A DNA stretch of 64,000 nucleotides from positions 70,928 to 134,927 of the forward strand of contig CAJMAC010000001.1 in the NCBI GenBank assembly GCA_905211265.1. The letters are read 5' to 3'. Under the pieces are notes generated by a model, which was not told the origin of the DNA, did no database searches, and saw only the letters and a program-made list of their open reading frames with translations. The DNA is from an uncultured Eubacteriales bacterium. GTDB lineage: Bacteria; Bacillota_I; Bacilli_A; RF39; UBA660. Positions within the stretch are counted from its first letter, which is position 1, and every line of letters begins with the position of its first letter. The position numbers and the translations under genes were made by a program. Shown piece by piece: positions 19,950 to 27,498 of the stretch.

Positions 19950-20798
19950 TTATTGAAACATATTTATGTTATTATTTTGATTATTATTTACACCACTATT
20001 AGTATCTGTATTTGTATTAGTATTAACATTATTAGTTTCAGGCATAACTGGTGTAACACTAACTATACCATTAATATCAGTATTAGCTTGCATATTATTC
20101 ATACCTTGTTCCATAGTTTGATTAACATTATTTACAGTTTGTTCAGTATTTTGATTTACAGTTTGTATATCACTCATTGAATTAAAACTATTAACATCAT
20201 TATTTACATTATTCATTGTATTATTATTTACTTGTTCAACATTAGTATTCATAATATTAACATTATTCATTTGATTAACATCATTAACCATATTATTAAC
20301 ATCTTGAACATTAGTATTATCAACTGGATTAACATTATTCATAACATTATTATTTGGTATATTGTTATTAACATTATTATTACTTGCATTACCATTTGAA
20401 CTATTTGTTACTCCTTCATAATTGCATTTACTAAATGCTAAAACAGGAAAACCTACAATTGGAACAAATACGGTTAATACTCCAAATCCTGCACCTTTTC
20501 CAAATTTCTTAGCAAGTTCAATGTAAGTTTTAAACATTGCATATATATTAACAATTGGTATTATGTATAAGACTAAATACCACATTGGTAACCCTGATAT
20601 TTCAAGCATAACAATAACATTGTAAATAGGTACAATTGATTCCCAACCTTGTTTACCTGCTTTCTTAAATATCTTCCACATAGATACAATAATTAAAATT
20701 GATAATATTGTTCCTACAAGGAAAAATCCTCCGCCCAATGCTGCAAAACCTCCTAAACTTGTGCTATCATAATCCCCATAATAAGTATAATCATACAT
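19950..20798 (-). CDS. Membrane protein (DUF5684-like N-terminal domain) with long Asn-rich low-complexity tail
   Basis: The N-terminal region MWKIFKKAGKQGWESIVPIYNVIVMLEISGLPMWY contains about 4 TM helices. The C-terminal ~150 aa are dominated by N/V/M/Q. Confidence 0.6.
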   Translation of the reverse strand: MYDYTYYGDYDSTSLGGFAALGGGFFLVGTILSILIIVSMWKIFKKAGKQGWESIVPIYNVIVMLEISGLPMWYLVLYIIPIVNIYAMFKTYIELAKKFGKGAGFGVLTVFVPIVGFPVLAFSKCNYEGVTNSSNGNASNNNVNNNIPNNNVMNNVNPVDNTNVQDVNNMVNDVNQMNNVNIMNTNVEQVNNNTMNNVNNDVNSFNSMSDIQTVNQNTEQTVNNVNQTMEQGMNNMQANTDINGIVSVTPVMPETNNVNTNTNTDTNSGVNNNQNNNINMFQ

Positions 20799-20805
20799 CT
20801 TTAAT

Positions 20806-21363
20806 TCACTCCTTTTCTACATATTTTGACTTAAATAAGTCTGTTTCATCATTTTCTTCATTAGAATTCACTTCTATTTTAGGTAAATCATCTTTACTAG
20901 ATAAACCAAAACAATCTAAAAACTCATCAGTAGTTTTATATAAAGTTGGTTTACCAGGAAAATCACTCTTTCCACATTCTTTAATTAATCCTTTTGCTAA
21001 TAATCTTCTTACTAAATAAGCTGAATCTATTCCTCTTAATTTATCTATTTCAATTCTTGTAATAGGTTCATTATATGCAATAATAGCAAGAACTTCTAAT
21101 GCAGAATTAGTTAAAACTTGTGTTTTAGAATCAGTAATTAATTTTTGATAATATTCTTTATGTTCTTCCTTAGTAGTTAATTTAAAAGTATTTCCTAAAA
21201 AATTTATTCTAAGACCTCTATCAGGACTTTCATAAGAACTTTTTAATTCATATACTAAATTCTTCGCTTCATCACTACTTATATTAAGTATATCCATAAC
21301 TTGTTCAATAGTAAGACCTAAATCACCTTGAACATACAATAATCCTTCCAAAACTGCTTTCAT
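20806..21363 (-). CDS. scpB: Segregation and condensation protein B
   Basis: Has LEGLLYVQGDLGLTIEQ and AYNEPITRIEIDKLRGIDS motifs. Lies directly after scpA. Confidence 0.9.
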   Translation of the reverse strand: MKAVLEGLLYVQGDLGLTIEQVMDILNISSDEAKNLVYELKSSYESPDRGLRINFLGNTFKLTTKEEHKEYYQKLITDSKTQVLTNSALEVLAIIAYNEPITRIEIDKLRGIDSAYLVRRLLAKGLIKECGKSDFPGKPTLYKTTDEFLDCFGLSSKDDLPKIEVNSNEENDETDLFKSKYVEKE

Positions 21364-22079
21364 TAACTTGCTCCCTCTATAAATATATTATCAAAATTTT
21401 TATCCTGACTAATTTTAAGTTCATGTTCTTTCGCTAATTCCAAAACTGATAAGAATGTTACCGCAATATAACTTTTGTTATATTCTTCAAATAATTCTGT
21501 AAATTCTACTCTTTTTTTATTTCTAATTATATTTCTTATACTATTCTTTCTTTCCTTAACACTATATTCTTTATTAGTAATTTTAGTCTTAAGAGGTTTT
21601 TCTAACTCCTTCCTATTTAAGAAATTTTTCATAGCCTCTACTAATTTATCTATTTCAATTTCTTCATTATATATTTCATTATTAACATAATTGTTAATAT
21701 TTTCTGGTGGTTTAATATATATATTATTTCTATTTATCTCTAATTCTTTAAATACCTCAGTCATCTCTTTATATTTTTTATACTCTACTAATTTATTAAT
21801 TAAATTTTCTCTACTTACTTCTTCTTCCTCATTATCTTCTTCATTTTCTACCTTAGGAAGTAATGATTTAGATTTAATTTCCATAAGCTCTGCTGCCATA
21901 ACTAAATAACTTGAAGCAATATTTATATTTAATTCTTCCATTTTATTAATATAATCTAAATAACTTTTAGTAATTTCTTCAATTGAAATATCATATATAT
22001 CTACATTCTTTTCCTTAATTAAATGTAATAGTAAATCTAATGGTCCTTCAAAAGCATCAATCTTAATATTGTAGTCCAC
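21363..22079 (-). CDS. scpA: Segregation and condensation protein A
   Basis: The N-terminus FEGPLDLLLHLIKEKNVDIYDISI is typical of ScpA. The gene overlaps the scpB start by 1 nt. Confidence 0.9.
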   Translation of the reverse strand: MDYNIKIDAFEGPLDLLLHLIKEKNVDIYDISIEEITKSYLDYINKMEELNINIASSYLVMAAELMEIKSKSLLPKVENEEDNEEEEVSRENLINKLVEYKKYKEMTEVFKELEINRNNIYIKPPENINNYVNNEIYNEEIEIDKLVEAMKNFLNRKELEKPLKTKITNKEYSVKERKNSIRNIIRNKKRVEFTELFEEYNKSYIAVTFLSVLELAKEHELKISQDKNFDNIFIEGAS

Positions 22080-22111
22080 TTCTTACCACCCTCTATTAAC
22101 ATTTTACCACA

Positions 22112-22139
22112 AAAAAAAACATCTTTCTAGATGTTTTTT
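22112..22139 (-). terminator. Rho-independent terminator after rplT
   Basis: Stem AAACATCT / AGATGTTT with loop TTCT, followed on the minus strand by a run of 9 T. Confidence 0.75.
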
Positions 22140-22140
22140 A

Positions 22141-22677
22141 TTATTTTTCTTCTTTTTTAGTAGTAGTTTTCTTTGTAGTAGTTTTTTTAACTGGTTTTTC
22201 TTCTTTATCCTCTACTTTTTTAGTAGTTTTAGCAGCTGTTTTTTTAGTTTCCTTAACTTCTTTTACTTCTTCAGTTTTTGCTTCCTTTTTTGTAGCTACT
22301 TTTTTAGGAGTATATTTTTTTCCTTCTAAAGCATCTTTTGCAACTTTAACTAATTCACTAAAATCACTAGGACTAGCAATTGCAATTTCAGAAAGCATCT
22401 TTCTATTTACTTCAACTCCTGCTAATGATAAACCATTAATAAATTTAGAATAACTAATTTCATTTTCTCTACAAGCAGCATTTATTCTTGTAATCCATAA
22501 TTTTCTGAAATTTCTCTTATTTTGTCTTCTGTCTCTGAATGCATATTGACCTGAATGCATCACTTGTTCATGAGCAGTTTTAAATAATCTATGTTTACTA
22601 CCAAAGTAACCTTTAGCTTGTTTTAATACTTTTTTTCTTCTAGCACGTGCTACTGTGCCACCTTTAACTCTTGCCAT
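22141..22677 (-). CDS. rplT: 50S ribosomal protein L20 with ~60-aa Lys/Glu/Thr-rich C-terminal extension
   Basis: Begins [35 protein letters not shown]. The core is about 118 aa and is followed by [22 protein letters not shown]...TTKKEEK. Confidence 0.95.
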   Translation of the reverse strand: MARVKGGTVARARRKKVLKQAKGYFGSKHRLFKTAHEQVMHSGQYAFRDRRQNKRNFRKLWITRINAACRENEISYSKFINGLSLAGVEVNRKMLSEIAIASPSDFSELVKVAKDALEGKKYTPKKVATKKEAKTEEVKEVKETKKTAAKTTKKVEDKEEKPVKKTTTKKTTTKKEEK

Positions 22678-22690
22678 TTCTACATCTCTC

Positions 22691-22897
22691 CTATCCTAAT
22701 ATTGATTTTACGCGTTTATAGTCTGATTTACTTAATTCGCTACCTTTTCTTTTTTGTCTACTTCTTTTTGAACTATTTTTACCAGTATTGTGATTAATTC
22801 CTTGACTAGTAATTTTAATTGAACCGCTTTGTCTCATTTTAAATACTTTTGCAGTTCCTTTATGAGTTTTCATTTTATTTTTCTTAACTTTTGCCAT
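22691..22897 (-). CDS. rpmI: 50S ribosomal protein L35
   Basis: Begins [21 protein letters not shown] and lies between infC and rplT. Ends with TAG. Confidence 0.9.
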   Translation of the reverse strand: MAKVKKNKMKTHKGTAKVFKMRQSGSIKITSQGINHNTGKNSSKRSRQKRKGSELSKSDYKRVKSILG

Positions 22898-22912
22898 AAT
22901 TGGTTCCTCCTT

Positions 22913-23433
22913 CTATTTTTTAGGTGTTAATTGCATAAACATACTTCTACCTTCAATTTTTGGGACAATTTCAACTTCAGCAATATCTTCTAATGCCAAA
23001 GCAAACTTATCCAAAACTTCTTTTGCAAGTTCAGGGTGTGCAATTTGACGGCCTTTAAATCTAATACTTGCTTTTACTTTTGATCCTTTTTCAAGATTCT
23101 TTCTTGCATTTTTTACTCTTGTATCAAAGTCATGCTTATCAATAGTAACAGATAATCTAAATTCTTTAGTATCTATCATTGTTTCTCTTTGTTTCTTTTG
23201 AGTTTCTTTAATTTTTTTCTTTTTTTCATATTTGAATTTATTGTAATCCATAATTTTACATACTGGTGGATTAGCACCTTCACTCATTAAAACTAAATCA
23301 AAACCAGCATAACCTGCAAGTGTAAGAGCATCTTGCTTACTTTTAATACCAAGTTGTTCTCCATTTGGACCAATAACCATCATTTCCTACATCTAATTTG
23401 TTCATTTATAGGGTTTTCCCTAACATTTGCGAT
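22913..23433 (-). CDS. infC: Translation initiation factor IF-3, with a frame break near the 5' end
   Basis: The main ORF 22913..23383 begins MMVIGPNGEQLGIKSKQDAL. The conserved N-terminal IF-3 motif is encoded upstream in another frame: ATC(23433) A N V R E N P I N E Q I R C R K TGA (23380-23382), with GGAGG 8 nt before the ATC. A non-AUG start is typical of infC. The two frames join at AGG AAA TGA TGG. Confidence 0.8.
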
Positions 23434-23446
23434 AAATAACACCTCC

Positions 23447-23580
23447 ATTAAATATAAAAATGAATACATAGAAAGTACGTATTCATCTTAAAGCATTATA
23501 AAAATTCATAACTTTTATTTGGCTTTTTACCTATTGCTAGTCTGCAATCAGGTGAGATAAATACATCTTCTTTCCGTTTC
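23447..23580 (-). promoter_or_regulatory. infC-rpmI-rplT 5' leader, candidate L20-responsive attenuator (L20-leader type)
   Basis: A leader of about 135 nt runs from a consensus promoter to the infC SD and ends in an intrinsic terminator. This is the layout described for the L20-controlled leader in Bacillus. No covariance search was possible here. Confidence 0.4.
23451..23485 (-). terminator. Leader terminator (attenuator) immediately upstream of the infC SD
   Basis: Stem TGAATAC (23461-23467) / GTATTCA (23479-23485), followed on the minus strand by TTTTTATATTT and then AATGGAGG (the SD). Confidence 0.6.
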
Positions 23581-23587
23581 GATATAG

Positions 23588-23616
23588 ATTATATTATAAA
23601 TTAATGATTTTGTCAA
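23588..23616 (-). promoter_or_regulatory. Sigma-A type promoter of the infC operon
   Basis: On the minus strand: TTGACA (23611-23616), 17 nt spacer, TATAAT (23588-23593). Confidence 0.7.
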
Positions 23617-23665
23617 TAAAAATATAACCTTTTTCCTTAATTTATGCTATTTTTTAATATTTTTA

Positions 23666-25060
23666 CTACTTTATTACCTTATATGTAGTACCTTCCCTAG
23701 TATCAGTAAGTTCAATACCCATATCTAATAATTCTTTTCTTATTGTATCTGCTAATTCAAAATCTTTATTTTTTTTAGCATTTTTTCTTTCCTCTATTTT
23801 ATTTAATATAAATTCTTCATTTTCTACCTTTTCATTCTTATTATCACTAATTAAAGATAATGAAAGTACTTTATCAAAATCCTTAACTAAATATAATTTA
23901 GTATTATCATTTAATTCACTCTTTAATAAATCAAATAAAACAGTTAACATTGAAGAAGTATTCAAATCATTATTAATTGCATCTTTAAATTTATCTTGAT
24001 ATTCTTTAATTTTATCTTCTTCAAGTTCTCCTTCATTAGTTAATTTACTAATTTTATTTAATACTCTATTATATGCAACTTTTGCACTATCCAAAGCTTC
24101 ATAACTAAATACTAATTCTTTTCTATAATCAGATCCTAAACAAAAGAATTTATATACCAATGGATCATATCCTTTATTAATTAAAGTATCAATAGTAATA
24201 AATTCACCACTACTTTTACTCATCTTACCATTCTTACTAGTTAAATGTAATACATGAAACCAATAATTACACCATTTATGACCTAAAAAACTTTCACTTT
24301 GTGCAATTTCATTAGTATGGTGTGGAAACTTATTATCAATTCCCCCACAATGTATATCTAAATATTCTCCCAAATATTTATAACTTATTCCTGAACACTC
24401 TATATGCCATCCAGGATATCCTACTCCCCATGGACTATCCCATTTTAATGCTTGATTTTCAAATTTAGATTTTGTAAACCACAAAGCAAAATCATATGGA
24501 TTCTTCTTACCTAAATCCTCACTAACATTGTCTCTTGCACCTACTATCATATCCTCACTATCTTGATTAGAAAAAACATTATATTTATCTAACTTACTAA
24601 TATCAAAATAAACATTACCATTAGATTTATAAGCATACCCTTTTTCAAGTAACTTAGTAATCATTTCAATATAAGTATCAATACAAGATGTTGCAGGTAC
24701 TACAATACTAGGCCATTTTAAATTTAATTTATTAAATCCTTCCTTAAATGCTTCAGTATAAAACTTAGCAATTTCTAATACATCTTTATGTTCACTTTTA
24801 GCTTGTTCAACCATTTTATCTTTACCAGTATCAGTATCCCCAGATAAATGTCCAACATCAGTGATATTCATTGCCCTAGTAACATCATAACCAATATATT
24901 CTAAAGATTTTACTAAAACATCTTCAAAAATATAACTACGATAATTACCAATATGTGCATAATTATATACAGTTGGACCACAAGTATACATTTTTACCTT
25001 ACCATCTTCATTAGGAATAAATTCTTCTTTTTTTCTAGTTAACGAATTATATAATAACAT
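23666..25060 (-). CDS. cysS: Cysteine--tRNA ligase
   Basis: Has the HIGH motif ([11 protein letters not shown]), KMSKS (GKMSKSSG), and GWHIECS. Ends with TAG. Confidence 0.95.
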   Translation of the reverse strand: MLLYNSLTRKKEEFIPNEDGKVKMYTCGPTVYNYAHIGNYRSYIFEDVLVKSLEYIGYDVTRAMNITDVGHLSGDTDTGKDKMVEQAKSEHKDVLEIAKFYTEAFKEGFNKLNLKWPSIVVPATSCIDTYIEMITKLLEKGYAYKSNGNVYFDISKLDKYNVFSNQDSEDMIVGARDNVSEDLGKKNPYDFALWFTKSKFENQALKWDSPWGVGYPGWHIECSGISYKYLGEYLDIHCGGIDNKFPHHTNEIAQSESFLGHKWCNYWFHVLHLTSKNGKMSKSSGEFITIDTLINKGYDPLVYKFFCLGSDYRKELVFSYEALDSAKVAYNRVLNKISKLTNEGELEEDKIKEYQDKFKDAINNDLNTSSMLTVLFDLLKSELNDNTKLYLVKDFDKVLSLSLISDNKNEKVENEEFILNKIEERKNAKKNKDFELADTIRKELLDMGIELTDTREGTTYKVIK

Positions 25061-25164
25061 AATGACACTCCTTTCAAATATATACTATATTTTATAACAA
25101 AATTAAAAATAATTCAATAGTAACAAAATATACTATTTAAAATAAAATATTATAGGTGAAATAT

Positions 25165-25371
25165 ATGTTTAATAATTTCTTTAATGTATTTAGAGTATGC
25201 TTTGGATGGAAACTATTTTGTTTTATATTTTGTTTTATATTAACTATGTTTATCTTTTATCAATTCTTGATTGCTTTATTTGTACCATGTTTCTTAAATG
25301 TATTACTTTTATTTATAGAATTCTGTGCACTTATTTGTTTAATATTTTATACTATTTTTGGTCTTTGTTGA
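25165..25371 (+). CDS. Possible small hydrophobic Phe/Cys-rich membrane peptide (68 aa)
   Basis: AGGTGA lies 5 nt before the ATG at 25165. The product MFNNFFNVFRVCFGWKLFCFIFCFILTMFIFYQFLIALFVPCFLNVLLLFIEFCALICLIFYTIFGLC has two hydrophobic spans and ends with TGA at 25369-25371. It lies in an otherwise unexplained 290-nt gap and converges on the trxB-like gene. A T-rich strand can also produce such ORFs by chance. Confidence 0.3.
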   Translation: MFNNFFNVFRVCFGWKLFCFIFCFILTMFIFYQFLIALFVPCFLNVLLLFIEFCALICLIFYTIFGLC

Positions 25372-26215
25372 TAATAGCTACTGCAGCACTAACTCCATCA
25401 TATGATGCACTAACTAATTGATAAATATCTTTCTTTATTACATCACCCACTGCATACACATTATTAATATTTGTTTTAAAATGATTATCTACTAATATAT
25501 AATCATTTTCTTTTTTTAAATTAAATATCTTACTATTAGGAACATACCCAATACATACAAATATACCATCAACTATATACTTATTATTAATATTAAATTT
25601 ATCATCATTGTATGAAATATTTTTTATTTCTTCATTATTAATAACTTTAATATTATTAGTTTCTTTAACTTTTATTTGTTCTTTTTGTTCTGCTCTTAAA
25701 TGATTACTTCTATTTAAAATAATAACACTATTTACAATATTAGATAAGTATAAAGCTTCTTCAAAAGCAACATCTCCCCCACCAATAACCATAACATCTT
25801 TATTCTTATATAAATTACCATCACATAAAGCGCAATAACTTACACCCTTACCTACATAATCATTTAATATATCTAATTTTCTAGGACTTCTACCAGTAGC
25901 AATAACTAAATATTTATATTCAATATTACTATTACTAGTATTAACTATATTTTTATTAAAATCAACACTAGTTACTTCTTCATATAAATACTCTATACCC
26001 AAATTATTTACTTGATTATATAAATTATATGCTAAACTAGGTCCATCAATACTAGTATATCCTGGATAATTTTCAATAATACTACTTCTATTTAATTGAC
26101 CTCCAACTACATTAGATTCAATCATTAATACACTCTTATTACTTCTTTTTAAATATATTGAAGCACTAATTCCTGCTATTCCAGAACCTATTATAATAAC
26201 ATCATACTTTTTCAT
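25352..26215 (-). CDS. trxB: Thioredoxin-disulfide reductase family flavoprotein
   Basis: Has the FAD motif VIIIGSGIAGISAS, a redox-active CALCDG, and the NAD(P)H motif VIGGGDVAFEEALYL. AGGTGA precedes the ATG at 26215. Confidence 0.85.
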   Translation of the reverse strand: MKKYDVIIIGSGIAGISASIYLKRSNKSVLMIESNVVGGQLNRSSIIENYPGYTSIDGPSLAYNLYNQVNNLGIEYLYEEVTSVDFNKNIVNTSNSNIEYKYLVIATGRSPRKLDILNDYVGKGVSYCALCDGNLYKNKDVMVIGGGDVAFEEALYLSNIVNSVIILNRSNHLRAEQKEQIKVKETNNIKVINNEEIKNISYNDDKFNINNKYIVDGIFVCIGYVPNSKIFNLKKENDYILVDNHFKTNINNVYAVGDVIKKDIYQLVSASYDGVSAAVAIINKDQK

Positions 26216-26987
26216 TGTTATCACCTTTCTTTTCTAGTATTACTATACCTACTATTCCTATAATTATTAAAATAATTGCTACTATTTGACTAACTCTAAA
26301 ATTAAATATATATAAACTATCAGTTCTAAGTCCTTCGATAAAGAATCTACCTAATGAATATAATATAAAATATAAGCAAACAATAATACCTTCTTTTTTA
26401 TATTTCAATTTATTTCTAACTATTATTAAAATAATAAATACAATAAAGCACCAAATAGATTCAAATAAAAATGTAGGAATATAATAATTACCATTTATAT
26501 ACATACCTTTAATTATAAAATCAGGTATATGTAAACTTTTTAAATATGATAAACTAGTAACTACACCATGAGCTTCACCATTAAAATAGTTTCCCCATCT
26601 ACCAATTGCTTGACCCAATACTAAACAAGGAGTTAATATATCTAAAGTAAGTAAAATACTTTGTTTTTTCTTTTTACAGTAATATATTGTAAAAAGTATT
26701 CCTGCAATAACTGCACCATATATAGCAAGTCCACCTTCCCATATTTTAAATATATCTATAAAATTATCTTTAAATACTGAATAATTAAATATAACATAAT
26801 ATATTCTTGCACCAACAATAGCAACAGGTATTAAATAAAATATCAAGTCAAAAACAAAATCTTTATCTAATTTTGTTTTAACAACTTCTTTTTTTACAAT
26901 TAATAATCCAATTAAAATAGATAAAAATATTAAAAATGAATACCAATATATAGTAATTGGACCAATACTAATAAGTACCCTATCCAT
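26202..26987 (-). CDS. lgt: Prolipoprotein diacylglyceryl transferase
   Basis: Has the Lgt signature GRWGNYFNGEAHG. It is a polytopic membrane protein with an N-terminus typical of the family. Confidence 0.9.
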   Translation of the reverse strand: MDRVLISIGPITIYWYSFLIFLSILIGLLIVKKEVVKTKLDKDFVFDLIFYLIPVAIVGARIYYVIFNYSVFKDNFIDIFKIWEGGLAIYGAVIAGILFTIYYCKKKKQSILLTLDILTPCLVLGQAIGRWGNYFNGEAHGVVTSLSYLKSLHIPDFIIKGMYINGNYYIPTFLFESIWCFIVFIILIIVRNKLKYKKEGIIVCLYFILYSLGRFFIEGLRTDSLYIFNFRVSQIVAIILIIIGIVGIVILEKKGDNNEKV

Positions 26988-26989
26988 AG

Positions 26990-27424
26990 TTATTTACTGT
27001 CCTTAGTTATTGGTTTAATAATAAATCCATCCATAAACATATTAAAAATACTAATTAATATTGAAGCAAAAAACGCTGTAAAAAATCCAGTAATATTAAA
27101 ATTATTACCCATTATAAAACTAGTTAAATATAAAATAATCATATTAACAATTGGATAAGATAATCCTAAAGTAATCGCAGTAAGAGGCATAGTCATAACT
27201 ACTAATACAGGCTTAATAGTTTTATTTAATATATCTATAATTAATGCTGCAATTACTGCATATAATCCATAATATTTATTATTAATATAAAAATCTTTAA
27301 ATAACATACTAACTAATATTAATACTAATGCATAACATACTAAACTAATAATAAAATTAACAAACTTATTCTTTACTAAATTATTTTTAGTACTTTCTTC
27401 TTCTACAATAATCATTTTTTTCAT
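26990..27424 (-). CDS. Phage-holin-4_2 (DUF360/YvlD-like) family membrane protein
   Basis: Has four TM helices with the family-typical LNKTIKPVLVVMTMPLTAITLGLSYPIVNMIILYLTS segment. Confidence 0.65.
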   Translation of the reverse strand: MKKMIIVEEESTKNNLVKNKFVNFIISLVCYALVLILVSMLFKDFYINNKYYGLYAVIAALIIDILNKTIKPVLVVMTMPLTAITLGLSYPIVNMIILYLTSFIMGNNFNITGFFTAFFASILISIFNMFMDGFIIKPITKDSK

Positions 27425-27498
27425 TCATAATCACCTTCATATATATTGTACCATAAAAAAAGAAAATTTTACCATTAAGATAATATTTTCTCTATATT

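Noticed and set aside
25061-25351. T-box riboswitch upstream of cysS
   Set aside because: The gap is long enough, but on the minus strand I found no T-box consensus (GGTGGTACCGCG-like), no specifier-loop context, and no terminator/antiterminator pair.
25197-25421. Alternative plus-strand ORF of 74 aa overlapping the trxB-like 3' end
   Set aside because: It has no SD, overlaps the trxB-like coding sequence by 70 nt in antisense, and competes with the better-supported frame starting at 25165.
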